64,000 nucleotides of DNA from the human T2T-CHM13v2.0 reference genome, Homo sapiens: the NCBI RefSeq assembly GCF_009914755.1, contig NC_060927.1. One strand, written 5' to 3'. Within the stretch, counting starts at the first letter, position 1; the number at the start of each line of letters is the position of its first letter. Of this stretch, positions 17,474-38,686 are shown piece after piece. The notes below the pieces were generated by a model. That model saw only the letters and a program-made list of their open reading frames with translations, was not told the origin of the DNA and searched no databases. The translations under genes were made by a program, and so were the position numbers.

Positions 17474-19329
17474 CAGCTTAAAAAAATAAATTTGGAAACC
17501 ATAGCCCTGGACCATCGTTTGCCTTTATAAAACCCCTTTTTTGTGTGTATTTCTGCTTTCTGTGCTTTAAAATAAAGTGGGAAAACTTAAAGAATTTGAG
17601 AAATAAAGCCAAGTGATCTAAATTGGAAAATGAATCTATGAGGGGATATTAGATATTTCCTACTCTGTTGGGTCATACAGTGTAGTATAACCTTGGGGCT
17701 ACTTGCTTATTTTCAAGCACCTGGCAGGTTATCATGAGAGAGATGCTAAGCAGTTGGCATCCATATTCATGGAGGACCGAATGAGGAACATAAAGATTAA
17801 ATTGAAAAAGTTGGGAGAATTCCTCTAAATTTATTTGAGAAAACTGCTTCCGTTTCCAAAACAGAGTCTTTAGGATGTACCCTCGTTGAGGATAAGAAAC
17901 TCGTCTCTGCCTTAGTGCCGGGCATGGGCTGATACCTCATTGGCAGTCACCAAACATTTGTTGAAGGGATGCATGAATTGCCATCAGTGAAGGCATGTAC
18001 AAAACGCAGTGCCATCCAAGAATTACAAATCTCAAAAAAGGTAGTTATCTTAAAATTAAGACACCATTAGACTTGTCACAGATTGAAATTATGGGATTCA
18101 TTTGTAAGAACTTGATCAATAATATGAAATTAATGTAACTTCATATGCTATTGTCTATAGTTCATCATCATAAAAACAACTAAAGGTAGAGTAGTTGTCT
18201 TGTAATATTGCTTACTGAAGAGTAAGAATTAACCATCTCTTTTTCTCTTGAAAGAGATCAGATAGTAACTTAGAAAGATGGTTTCTCATTCATATTAAAG
18301 AATTACTCATATAGAGGTGTGAGTGTTTATGAAATCTCATGAGTAAATTTGACTCTCTTGGCCACAGTTTCTGTTACACCTTTGAAGAATACGAGTACTT
18401 GCTCTTGCTCTAGTTGCCAAGTAGATTCAATCAGCATTTATCCAACTATGTTTCTACAGACTCCATTGCCTTACACAAAAGTGGGTTGTGGGGTAAAATG
18501 TCACCTGTCCCCTTAATTCTTAAAACATATACCACCATTTTAAGCCTCTGAAAAGTCCTAGAGGGTAGAAACCTGTCTGTGTTCAATACAATATTTCCCA
18601 ACAATATTTTGCCACTTTTTTTGTAAAACAGCTATTGACAAATCATGGGAACATTGGATAGATTATTTGTCTTCAAATAGTTTGAATATTAATGGAAAGC
18701 AGAATTTATTTATCATACCCATTGTAGAAGCTAGCAAAATATATAAATAAACGGGTATATAAACAGGTGTGATAGATAAATGAAATAATTTGTGTATGCC
18801 CAAAGGCCTCTGAAGTGAAAAAAACAGTTATTTTGAGTGTTAAAAATTGTCAAAAAGGCCAGGTGAAACTAGAGTATGAAAGTCTTGAGGAAATGTAAAG
18901 CTCAGGTTGGCACTGTGAGAACTAAACTTAAGGGCTTCCTTTCATTATTGAGGAGAAAAAGAGAAGTTCCTATGTTCTGATAGAGCCAGCAAGCCTATTT
19001 ACCTAGATATTTGCTTCATCTACCATTTTATTTTTGGACAAGACCTTGGTGTAAGTCCCTCCAAATAGTACCCTGCTATGGGCAGCTCCAAAAAGCAGCC
19101 TGTTGGGGAGGTGTCTGCTTTTGAGAGATTCACAGAGCGTATAATGTGAGGATGAGAGCAATTGTATGTTTTCCTTCCGAAGAATAGTACAGAAGTTATG
19201 ATAGATTCTCTTGAAAATCCCTTCGAAAGACATAAACTTCCTGAAACCTACTTTTATACTCATGTATCTGTGAAGGCATATTATCACATTATCAGATAAT
19301 TGGGGATTGTTATATGCATGGTATACATA

Positions 19330-19770
19330 TTAGTTAGATCAACTTCTGTAACAAAAAATATATTATGGTTCAAACACAATAAAAGTGTATTTTCTTGCTT
19401 TTATAACAGCCCTAGGTGGGTGAATTTGCAGTTATTAAGGTAGCCTTCATCCACACATTCATTTAGGGACCAAGACTAATGGATAATCTGCCATCATCAG
19501 TACATAGCACCAAGGTTGTACTAGGGGTCATCTTCACTCCAGGTCTCTAGAAGGGGAAAAAGCATGAAGGCACATATATAAGAAGTTTTTAGGACTAAGC
19601 CTAGAAATTGCACACATCACATTCATTCACATTTTGGTGTCTAGAATTCAGTCACATGGCTCCACTCAACTGCAGTGGGGGGAGGGCTAAGATGTATACT
19701 CTAGCTGTGTACCCAAGAAGAAACAGAAAACATGGATTTAGTGAGCATCTGGGGGACTGTGTCTGTCACA
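19330..19770. mobile_element. Old MaLR solo LTR (MLT1K-like)
   Basis: cacattcatttagggaccaag...gtcacatggc...gctgtgtacccaagaag motifs; ends in ...gtcaca. Confidence 0.6.
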
Positions 19771-19957
19771 ACATATTTGATGCTTGTTGGTCCTTTGTCA
19801 CCAAATTAGAAGGTTGATTTGTGCTATCTCATTTGCTCCCTCCTGGCTCATGGATGTTTCTGCATAGTGTGATGGTGATGTACCCGTCCATTTCATGGTG
19901 ACCCTCATTAGCAAACTTCCACATACCACACAGAAGTTCTTCAGGAAATGTCCACCT

Positions 19958-20492
19958 TTTTTCATTCAATATTTATTGAGCACCTATTATAGGGTTGGGC
20001 TCTTAGAAGTACTAGAGGTACAGAGGGGAACAAATGTCCTTATCCTTGGGATTTTATTCTCTTGTGTAAGAGAAAGACAATAAACAAAGAAAGAAAATAA
20101 TTAGTTTGTGCTACATGCTGTAAAAAAGTGAGTAAGTAAAGGGAAGAGGTAAAGGAGTACTGCTCTTGCCAACATATCAAAGTTGGCTTCTCTAGGAAAC
20201 TGGCATTTAGGCTAAGATCTGAAGGATGGCAGTGAGCCAGCCACTTGGGCTGAAAGAACAGCATTCCAGAGAAAACAACATGCACAAAGGTCCTAAGGCA
20301 AGAATGAGCTTGGCATGTTCAAGAAACTTGTATCTAGGACACCAGTGTGTGTGTGGAGAATAAGCAAGAAAGGCTCATGTGAGATGAGATGGGGCTGTAA
20401 GATAGGCCGAGTCAATTGTTTCACACAAGGCCATGCAGATCTTGGAGAGTTTACGTGTTATCTGAGAGTAAGAGTAAACCACGAAAAAGTTT
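19958..20492 (-). mobile_element. L2 remnant (continues at ~22051-22255 after an L1MB insertion)
   Basis: ttcattcaatatttattgagcacct 3' end; cacgaaaaagtt / catgaaaaggtt TSD-like flanks around the L1MB. Confidence 0.7.
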
Positions 20493-22050
20493 GTTGTTTG
20501 TTGGTTTTCTGTAACAGCCTTTTGTAACATAATTCACATACTATAGAGTTTACCCATTCAAAGGGTACAGTTCAGTGGCTTTTATTATGTTAGAGTTATG
20601 CAACCATTTCCACAGTCCATCTTACAACAGTATCATCAACTCAAAAAGAAATCCCATACCATTTAATAGTCACTCCATTTCCTCCAGACCCCCAGCCCTA
20701 GGCAAACACTAATCTATTTTCAGTCTCTGTAGATTTGCCTATTGTAGACGTATCATAAAAATGGAATCATACAGTGTGTGGTCTTATGTGATTGGCTTCC
20801 ATTACTTAGAATATTGTTTTCAAGGTTCATCAACATTTTAGTATGTGTCAGTACTTCATTACTTTTATGGCTGAATAATATTTTGTTATTTGGCTATATC
20901 TACCACATTTTATTTATCCACTTGTCAGTGGATATTTTGGTTGTTTTCACCTTCTGGCTATTATTAATAATGCTATGAACATTCATGTACAAATTTTTGT
21001 GTGACCATATGTTTTTATTTCTCTTGGATATATACCTAGGAGTAGAATTTCTGGGTCATATGGTTTCTATGCTAACCTTTTGAGGAATTTCCAGACTGTT
21101 TTTCCAAAGTGGCAGTACCATTTTGCATTCCCATCAGCTGTGTATGATGGTTCCAATTTCTCCATTTCCTTGTCAGCACTTATGATTATCTATCATTTTG
21201 AATAAAGCCATTCTAGAGGTGTGACGTGGTACCCTCATTGTGCTTTTGATTTGCAATTCCCTGATTACTAATGATGCCGAACATCTTTTCATGTGTTTAT
21301 TTGCCATTTGTGTATTTTCTTTGGAGAAATATCTATTCAAGTTACCCACTTTTGAATTGTCTTTTTATTATTGAATTTTAAGAGAACTTTATATATTATA
21401 GGTACAAGTCCCTTATCTGTATATGATTTATAAATATTTTTGCCCATTCTGTGGCTTGTTTGTTGCTTTGTTGATGGTGTCTTTTGATGCACAATAGTTT
21501 TTTACTGTAATGAAGTCCCTTTTTTTGTTGTTGCTTGTGCTGTTGGTGTCCTTCCTACCTAAGAAACCATTACTTAATTCAAGGTCATGAGAATTTATAC
21601 CTATATTTTCTTTCTTTTTTTTTTTTTTAATAACAAGTGGTGCCAATATTTTAATCCAGTCAGATTAACTTAGTTTAAATTAAAAGTCAGATTTTTGAAA
21701 CTCACATAATTTCCTGGAGAGTTTTTTTTTTTTTGACAGTTCCTAAGGGGTATAATTTATTGAAGCCCTATTACATAGCAGTTGGCATTTTACATACATG
21801 TCACTTAGTAATCATCACAGCAGTTATAATAAAGATGTATACCTATATTTTCTACTAAGAATTTTGTAGTTTTAGCTCTTATATGTAGATCTATGATTCA
21901 TTTTTACTTAATTTTTACATATGGTGTGAAATAAAGGTCCAGCTTCATTCCTTTGCATGTGAATATCTAGTTGTCCCAACACTGTTTGTTGAAATACTAT
22001 TCTTTTCTCCACTGAGTTGTCTTAACACCCTTGTAAAAAATCAGTTGACA
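20493..22050 (-). mobile_element. L1MB-type 3' region
   Basis: aattcacatactatag...ctaatctattttc...atggaatcatacag 3'UTR and ORF2 C-terminal remnants. Confidence 0.82.
21612..21837 (-). pseudogene. Orphan retroposed 226-bp non-Alu/non-L1 sequence
   Basis: 16-bp TSD tatacctatattttct (21596-21611, 21838-21853); poly(T) at left; ATTAAA 21 nt before the poly(A) on the - strand. Confidence 0.8.
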
Positions 22051-23274
22051 GCATGAAAAGGTTTTAAGCTGGGAAAAGATATGATCTGATTCGTATTTTA
22101 AAAGGATCAGTCTCTCCAAGAATGGCTTTTAGAGAGGCAAAAACGGAAGTAGAGCTGGGAAGCTGTTAGAATAATCCAAGTTAGTCAAGTAATGGCCAAG
22201 ACTAGTGGCAGCAAAGGAGATGGCAAGCTTTATAAAGATTGAAGATACTTTGGGAAGACAATTGTCTTGACTCTATGTTTTTGCCACTTTTTCACTTGTC
22301 TGTGTCACAGCTGTCTTTTCTACCTTTCCCCATTACATTTTCTCTTAAATGGTCTTGAGAATTTTTTTCTGTTATTTTTGGAAGTGGTTTTTTTTTTTTT
22401 TACTTTACTGTTTTTTATTTCCTGTCTGTGATAAAACTCACAACTTATTTGTATCTACACTGTTACTAAAACCACAGCTTATTTGTATCTACACCTATTG
22501 TTTCCTTCTTCACTCTTTCCTGGATTCTATCCCTCTTCACCTACTCAGTGATTTTCCTTTGCCAGTTATATCCTGTGTCTTCAGTAGTTCTCCTTCTATA
22601 AGCCTTGTCCCATTAGATATAAATTTTCTTAGGTGTATCCCATCTTTTTTTGAGTCAGGTTTTTTAAATGTAATTTATACACAGTAAAATTCACCCTTTT
22701 TAATGCATAGTTCAGTGAGTCCTGACAAATGTATATAGTTGTGAAACCATCACCACAGTCAAGAAATAGAACATTTCATCACTCTCAAAAAGTTCCCTCA
22801 TGTACCTTTGCAGTCAGTCCCTACCCTTCTTCCCCAGCCCTAGCAACTGATTTGATTTCTGTTCCTATAGTTTTGTCTTTTCCAGAATGCAACATAAATG
22901 GAGACATAGAGCCTATGGCCTTTTTTCATTGAGTTTTTTCATTTAGTATAATGCTTTTGAGATTCATCCATATTATTATACATCCCAGTAGTTTGTTTTT
23001 TAAAATTGTGAAATGATACTCTACTATGTAGATTATTCATTTATCCCCCTGATGGATATTTGGGTTCTTACATGTTTTGGCCATTGTGGATAATGCTGCT
23101 ATAAATATTTATATATAGATCTTTGGGTAAATTTTTTCATTTCTCCTGAGTAAACACATAGGAGGAGAATTACTGGGTCATTTAGTATGTATATAAGAAA
23201 CTGTCAAGCTGTTTTCCAAAGTGGATGTACCATTTTGCATTCTTACCAACAGTTTATGAGAGATTTAGTTCTAG

Positions 23275-23991
<717 letters not shown>

Positions 23992-25633
23992 CTCACTGTG
24001 TTTTTAATTTGCATTTCTCTAATGGTTAATGATATTTTCTTGTGCTTATTTGCCATCTCTGCACATCCTTTGGTGAAGGGTCTGTTCAAATCTTGTGTCC
24101 ATTTTTTATTTGAATGTTTATTCTTATTGGACATTTTGTATGTTCTCAATCCAATTTTTTCTTAGGTGAATGTTTTGTGATTATTTTCTCTCAGTCTGTA
24201 GCTTGTCCTTTCATTTTCTCACCAGTATCTTTTAAAAAGAAAGCTTTTAATTTATGTAAAGTCTAATTTATCATTTTGTTGTGATTTGTGATATTTGCTT
24301 AATAATCTGGGGCGACAGAAAGTTTTCTACTATGTGCTAAATGTGGAAACAAATGTGAACAAGATATACAAGATACTTGTCTTCATTTTTCACTGAGTTG
24401 TCTTCTTTCACAGTTTTAGCTCTTGTATTCGAGCCTGTGATACATTCAAGTTAATTTTTATAAGCAAGGGTCAAGGCTTAGTTTTTTTCATATGGATTGT
24501 TCAGCACCATTTGCTGAACGTACTATACACCCCCCCTTGATACCTTTATTTGAAATTAATTGACTATGTGTATGTGGGTTATCCCATATTTTAACAAAGA
24601 CTCCCTCAACCCCACATGCCCATTTAACTAAAAATGCATCACTTCCACCTCTTCACAACCATTCTTTAAAGTGTGGTCTAGACTGTGCTTCATCATTTCT
24701 TTCCTACTCCTCACACTGGCATCTTTCTCTACCATTTCATTAAAACAGTTCTTGCCAGAATCACCAGTGATCTGTGTTCGAGAGTTTTGTCCTTGTTACA
24801 TGTGACTCTCAATGGTCTTGGACCTTGTTGACCCCTCCCTCCTCTTTCAGACACTTTCTTCACTTGACCAGTGCAACATCTCACCATCCTTCATATTTTT
24901 CTTCTGTTTTTCCATTTGCCCCATGCATCTACTTTGATAGTTTTTCTTTTACCCGTTTCTTAGATGTCATTGTCCCTCAGCAATCTGACCAAAGCCCCTT
25001 TTCTCTTTGTTCTTTGCATGTTCCCTGCTTATTCCCATTTGTTCCCCTGGCTGAAGAATCTCAAATTTATATCTGACCCAAATCTTTCTGAGATTCATTT
25101 CTGCATGTCTAACTGCCTACCAGGACCATAGCTGTATGAGGAAAAAGTACCTTGTATATGTCTTGTTCACATTTATATTCACATGCCAAGCACACAGAAC
25201 TTAATAACAATTTGTAGACGGACCAAATGAATACACGAACAAACTAAACTGATACTACATATATTCCATGAGTACATGACCAGAGGCACAAAATAAGTAA
25301 GTTACTTTTGGAATCACATGCTTTGTCTTCACCATGGCACAGTTTTCCTTTACAGTTGGTAGTAAATCTTCGGATAAAGAGGTGGGAATGAGATTCTGCG
25401 CAGGGGCAGGAAGGAGATGCGAGAGTAAAGAGACATTTCTCCAAATGTTGCAAACACTGTTTCTAAGGTTTTCTAGTCCAATAATTGTAATTTCCTCCTG
25501 AAATTACGTATATTATTTGGAGAATAAAGTATTTAATGGCTCTATTAAATTCTGATTGTAGCTTTAGCTATAACACATCATTTCTTTTTGAATTTCCACC
25601 AAAATTTTTATAAGTTGCTGTAACATTTTTTTT

Positions 25634-25885
25634 CTGTCTGGATCTCTTTTTATTATTATTATTATTATACTTTAACTTTTAGGGTACATGTGCACAATGT
25701 GCAGGTTTGTTACATATGTATACATGTGCCATGTTGGTGTGCTGCACCCATTAACTCGTTATTTAGCATTAGGTATATCTCCTAATGCTATCCCTCCCCA
25801 CTCCGCCTACCCCACACCAGTCCCTGGAGTGTGATGTTCCCCTTCCTGTGTCCATGTGTTCTCATTGTTCTATTCCCACCTATGA
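25634..25885 (-). mobile_element. 5'-truncated young L1PA3/4-like 3' end with a short extra 3' segment
   Basis: TSD gctgtaacatttttt (25617-25631, 25886-25900), canonical TTTT/AA site. Confidence 0.92.
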
Positions 25886-25911
25886 GCTGTAACATTTTTT
25901 AAGACCTAAAG

Positions 25912-26141
25912 CAAGCTTGTCCAACCTGTGGTCCACAGGCTGCATGCAGCCCACGATGGCTTTGAATGCAGCCCAACACAAATTCGTAAACTTTCTTAAA
26001 ACATCGTGAGATTTTTTTTATTTTTATTTTTATTTTTTAGCTCATCAGCTACCATTAGTGTTAGTGTATTTTATGTGTGGCCCAAGACAGTTCTTCTTCT
26101 TCCAATGCGACCCAGGGTAGCCAAAAGATTGGACACTGCTG
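25912..26141 (-). mobile_element. MER30 hAT-Charlie
   Basis: caagcttgtccaacc ... aaaagattggacac; 8-bp TSD (a/c)cctaaag. Confidence 0.88.
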
Positions 26142-26172
26142 CCCTAAAGTGATTCTCAAGAGTTATATAAAA

Positions 26173-26527
26173 CAGCACTCCCCAATGTTTTTGGCACCAG
26201 TGACCAATTTCATGGAAGCCAATTTTTCCATAGACTGATGGGTGGAGGTGGTGGTGTGGGATGGTTTTGGGATGAAGCTGTTCTACCTTAGATCATCAGG
26301 CATTAGTTAAATTCTCATAAGGAGCATACAACCTATATCCCTCCACAATATTGTGAAGTTCACAATAGGGTTTGTGCGCCTGTGAAAATCTAATGCCGCT
26401 GCTGATCTGACAGGAGGCAGAGCTCAGGTGGTAATGCTTGTCCACCTGCTGCTCACCTGCTGTGCGGCCCAGTTCCTCACAGGCCACAGGCCCGTAGCAG
26501 TCTGCAGCCCAGGGTTGGGGACTTCTG
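26173..26527 (+). mobile_element. MER1B hAT-Charlie
   Basis: ccccaatgtttttggcacc ... gggttggggac termini; atata(a/g)aa TSD. Confidence 0.88.
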
Positions 26528-26970
26528 ATATAGAAGATGTAAATTTGGTAATGTAGATTCTTTCAGCTCTAATATGATGAAGGTTTTATGATGATCTGAG
26601 TGCTCACATCAAAGAATGTATATGCTTGTTATGGATTTCGCATCATGCTGTTGTTTTGGGAATATCTGGGAGAAATATAAGATACAGTACTCCTTGCTGC
26701 CCTCAGGGAGCACACACCTTCAAACAGATAAAACACACAGCTACAATCAGCAAATAAACAGAAGCACCTATCAGGCAGTTTGTAGTTTCCTTTGTATGTT
26801 ACTTGGCAGGAAAAAAGAGGGTGTCCTGCCACTAGACGTGTGTTTTTGGCCTTGCTTGTCACTGCAAGCTGTTATGTAAATATGTTTAGTGTTTTTCCGT
26901 ATCTGCCCTTTTTCTTTGTTCTGGAGTGTGTTACTCACATTTCTCTATATCTTTCTTTCCTACATTTCAG

Positions 26971-27052
26971 TGAGCGGTTTCTGGTAAGACTGAACAAGAA
27001 TGGTGGGCCGAGGAACCCAGAGAAGATAGAACGAATGTGTGCCCTTTTTACA
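26971..27052 (+). CDS. DOCK3: DOCK3 internal coding exon (82 nt, probably exon 10)
   Basis: Pyrimidine tract + tttcag acceptor and gtatgt donor; encodes (S)ERFLVRLNKNGGPRNPEKIERMCALFT, recognised as DOCK3 and in frame with the next exon. Confidence 0.96.
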
Positions 27053-27336
27053 GTATGTACGAATTCTCTTTTTCTTCTTTGCTGTTGACTCTAACCAGTG
27101 GCCTGCTATGTGGATACTGTCACCCTGGAAACAAGCATTTAGTCTTATTTCCATATACACTGGGGAGAATAGGACTTGATTTATGTTTCTATTAGGTTTT
27201 AATGAAATATTTATAGAAAACTGAAATTATATACAGTTTTAAACTTAATTTTTATTAATGAAATATAATCAAGTACCTTTCACTGATACAGATTTTATAA
27301 GCTATTTCATATAATAGACACTTAAAATCTGACAGA

Positions 27337-27559
27337 ACCAGCCTGGACAACATGCCAAAACCCAATCTGTAGAAACAATTCAAAAATTAGCTGGGCATGT
27401 GGCGTGTGTCTGTAGTCACAGCTACTTGGGGATGTGAGGCAAGAGGACCGCCTGAGCCCAGGAGGTTGAAGCTGCAGTGAGCCAAGGTTGCACCACTGTA
27501 CTCCAGCCTAGGTGAAAAAGTGAGACCAGACCCTGTCTCAAAAAAAAAACAAAAAAAAA
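27337..27559 (+). mobile_element. 5'-truncated AluJ-like
   Basis: accagcctggacaacatg ... gaagctgcagtgagcc + A tail. Confidence 0.85.
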
Positions 27560-27767
27560 TATGACATAGGTCTTTCTTACTGTTCTTATCCAAGGCCACT
27601 GGGAATTTCTCTGAGCTGTATAATTTCTGATGCATAATTTATTTTAAAGGTATCCACCAAGTTTACAGCTTTGTAGTTTGTTAGTGAGTTCATATACAGC
27701 AAGACAAACTAAATAGTCCTCTTCCAAATACTAATTGGGGGATTTTTTCCTACTGTGATCTGTACTT

Positions 27768-34071
<6,304 letters not shown>

Positions 34072-35388
34072 TTGTTTCTGTACTTCAGTTTTTTCTGAAA
34101 AGCCATACTGTTGTTCATGGTCTGTACAACCATGGACCAATCAACTTAGAAAAGGTTTGGAAATCTGCTGATTGGAAAATACCAAACCTCACAATCCCAC
34201 CTTGCCATGTGTGTTCTTCAAGTTTATTCTGATTTACTAATTTGTTTTTACCTTGTTAAAAACTATCCAGTGGTATTTATTTGAGTTAATTTATTTGCTG
34301 TAGAAGAAAACAAGACTGTGTCACAATTTTCAACCAGTTTTGATTATTGTGGATTCTTTGATCTGTTTCAGTGATCCTGAGATACATCAAAACCTATTGG
34401 ATAGTTTCACAGTGTCACTGACCTTGCTTATGGTGTGTGATTGATGGGACAGATATCGCAAAGATTACATTGGGCCTCTTAAATGCAAATGGGATTTATC
34501 TGGAGATCTGATACATGACTTTCTATAAAAGCTGCAGTTATATTTGTTCACCTCACTTTTTAGTTCATTACTGCAACTTTATCTTTCAGAACATCAAATG
34601 ATGTTACTGCAGAATCAGAAACCACTTTCACAGGGATAGCTTTTATTGATAATGCTCCAGATGTATGGAAAGATTTATAAATCTAGCTAAGCTTAAATAA
34701 TATGTTGTCCATCTTTGAGCTTAGCAGTAAAGGCTTAGGAGATAATGCAAGGAGAAAGAACAGGAAGAGCAGACCCATGATGGCGGTTAAGGGAGTTAAG
34801 ATGGCTTAGTCTGGGAAGATCAGCACTCTGTCTTCAATTGGAAAAGAATGAAAGAAAGAATCTAAATTGTAGTAAATGGGATTTAGGTTAGTCTATTGGC
34901 TGAGAGCTTCTGAAGTGAGAGTTCCTGAACACTGAGGTGGTTTTGTAGGACCTCCTTTCTGAAACAGAATTAGTAAGAGACACCCACCTTCTAGAATGTC
35001 TCAGTAACCTTAGGAGGTTTTTCTAAATTCTGATTCTCTGATATTTCCTGGTAAAGCATCAGGAGAAATTGTTGATTCCTTGTTTCTTGGATTTGTGGGA
35101 ACAGAGCTGCGTGCATGTACTGTCTTTGAATTCTTGAATATGATGAGTACAGTCTTTGACTTTTTAAAAATGAACTTAATTAGGGTGGCATTTGAATGTA
35201 ATTACAGTAAATTAAAATTTTCATTTAGCATTTTAATTATCCATATGAGCCCAGAGGCCAAAGCTATAGCTCCAACTTTATTGCACATAACATGCATGAT
35301 GTGCTCTTGTTCTGCCACAATGGGAAGGCACAGGGTGCTAAATATGCTATTAATACTTCCATAATTCTGTTTGTAGTGCAGCCCTGAA

Positions 35389-35731
<343 letters not shown>

Positions 35732-37683
35732 TGATTTGAGGATTTTTTACAAAGCACACAAGATTTCTGAACAAGATTATCTTAGCCAGGATTTTTATGT
35801 TTTACTTTAAGCTCTATGAAATTATATAGGTGGGACCTGTTTTCTCATTATCTGAGACTTGAGTTCTTCCTATGAGCTAAAGGAGTTTCCTAGATTGATG
35901 TGTGTGCTGCAAAGTCTCAGAGTAAATGCAAGAAAATGTAGCCACAACTATGGTTGATGCTGACCTTTTAGCTTACCTTAGAATAGGGAAAAGGGAATCA
36001 TACAAACTGAGCAGATTACGAGGTTACTCAGCACACTTCAGAGCCACATTAAAGTCACATTATTTGGCATGGCCTTTATTCTCTTTGAGGCCTTAGTTTT
36101 TCTGACTTGGTTAGATTTTAGGGTTTCCTACCAAGGAAGAATTTTATCCAAGGAGAATATGTTTTATACTTACGTGGACGGCCAATACAATGAGGATTTT
36201 GCTGACTTTCATGCTAAACAATGGCTCTATATACAAATGTGTGAAAGTATATCTATTCGTATTTACTCATTTTTAGATATTCAGGACCTCATACACACTG
36301 CCGGCAAGGTGTCAGTAATGATTTGTTACATAAACAAATGAATAAATGTTTATTTGCTGTCATATTTAAGTGACCAACTCAGAGAATGAATTTGTACAGT
36401 TTTCCAAGTATTAGTTGTCATTTTATTTTATATATTTATTTATACTCTTCTACATTCCAAGATAGAATTTTAAGTAGTGATTTTTTAGAGTTCAGAATTG
36501 AACTTGATTATTACTATAATAACATTATGTATTAAAATACTACCTTATTTTCTGCAACTTACGTATGAATAAGCTGGTTTTATTTTGTATTTGAAAATCC
36601 CATTATCTCCCAAAAAAAAGGAGTGTCCCAGGCACAGGGAAGTTAATTAACTTTTTCGTGTTTCAGATGAGTGAGTCTAAGATGCTCGACCCTAAGTCAT
36701 TGTCCTCAATTGTCTCTTCTACACACTGTTTAGTTGGGAGCAGCTTCCTAGTTAAGTAGGATTAGAGAGTTTGGTCCAGTGAACAAATCTAATTCCTGCC
36801 ATGTAATCAGGACTGAAATCCTGCTCACCAGATGAATGGTAGATACATCACCCTTCTTATCTTTCTTTTACAGGTCATGTGAGTAATATAATGTAGATAA
36901 CCACCCTTGGTGCTTAGTCTTGAAGAATATATGTTTAACAAACCTTATGGTAACTGTGTTTAGTCATACACCTATATTTAATAAGATAGCTTTTATATTG
37001 AAATTCTGTGGAACTCACAAATAATAATTTTGCTTAAAATATTTTCTTGCACTAATTATTGTCTTATTTCTATTGATGTCAAATAAATTCCACTGAAAGT
37101 TCTGGATGCTGTGTACATGATTGTCAGAAAGAGCCCCTACTCAGCCACTTGAAAAATACCATAAATTATACTTAAGGCTTCTTTTATTCACTCAGCAGAG
37201 TCAAGGGAAACATTTAGCTTGAATTCCATAGGTACATTGGAGTCAGTGATTATACGAGTCATTTGATAGTTTGGATGTACACAATCCAGGCTGTGTAGGA
37301 GGAACCATTTCACTTTGAAATGTGTTGAACATTTCTATATCCTTCAGTAATCAACATCTTTCAATTCAAAAAAGTATATAAAAATGGTAACCTGGTTTTC
37401 AATTTTCACTTGGATAGTACCATCTTAATAAGTATCAAAATATAGCACTATTTTAATAATATTATTTTTAATTCCATGTTTAAAAGAATTAGTGAAATGG
37501 GGCCTGAAACATCCTTTTTCAATATCAAACACAACTTTCATGTAAAAATATATCTTTGTGATTCCAGATATCAATTTATGTTTATTTTGTAACCTGTTTC
37601 ATTATAAACATACTTTATTATTTTAAGAACTTGACAAAATATTATAACCATCTAAAAGCTTCAGTTTCACCACTACATATTAC

Positions 37684-38007
<324 letters not shown>

Positions 38008-38027
38008 TAAGGCCATTTAATAGGGCG

Positions 38028-38136
38028 AGGCTGGGACTAGGCTAAGGCAAACAAAGCACAGGATCTTGAGGAGCGAGTGCCTTCTTAAATTTTGTACCTT
38101 AGGTGCCTTGCTTGCCTCACACTAGTGCTAACCCTG
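38028..38136. mobile_element. MER96-like hAT-Tip100 remnant
   Basis: gggactaggctaaggcaa ... ttgcctcacactagtgctaaccctg terminal inverted repeats. Confidence 0.6.
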
Positions 38137-38218
38137 CAACAGGGTTTACAAATTAAGAAACATGGAGACTCTGAATCTCTAAGCTCATTCCAAATCATGA
38201 CTGCCATTTGATTGTACC

Positions 38219-38369
38219 TTTTTTTTTTTTTTTTTTTTTGAGACGGAGTCTCGCTCTTTTGCCCAGGCCGGACTGCAGTAGCGCTGTCTCTTTCTCGGCT
38301 CACTGCAAGCTCTGCCTCCCGGGTTCATGCCATTCTCCTGCCTCAGCCTCCCGAGTAGCTGGGACTACA
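38219..38369 (-). mobile_element. AluY-like right arm only
   Basis: T-tract, gcccaggccggactgcag, gcaagctctgcctcccggg; ends at gggactaca. Confidence 0.88.
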
Positions 38370-38686
38370 TTTTTTTTTTTAATTGAAGAGAGACAGGCAT
38401 CTGGGGTCAATCAAAAGATGAAAGAGGAAAAGGAAATGGAACTAAGGGAGCCTTTCCTAGAAGCGAAAGGGAGATCACAGAAACCTGTCACATTAAGGAC
38501 AAAGGTTATTCCATCAAGTATCATTAACTCGCAATAATGGCTGAGAGAGCAGCAAGAAAAATCTGAAACAGAATATATATTAAAGAATTTTTGTTATTTC
38601 AAGTACAATACATTTAAAAAGCATAATGCGTACTCATCAACAAACATTTCAACATATGTTCTAAACACAAATAGAATGATTATCAG

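Noticed and set aside
26792-27088. 98-aa ORF as a standalone gene
   Set aside because: Only 26971-27052 is DOCK3 coding sequence with splice sites; the rest is open intron
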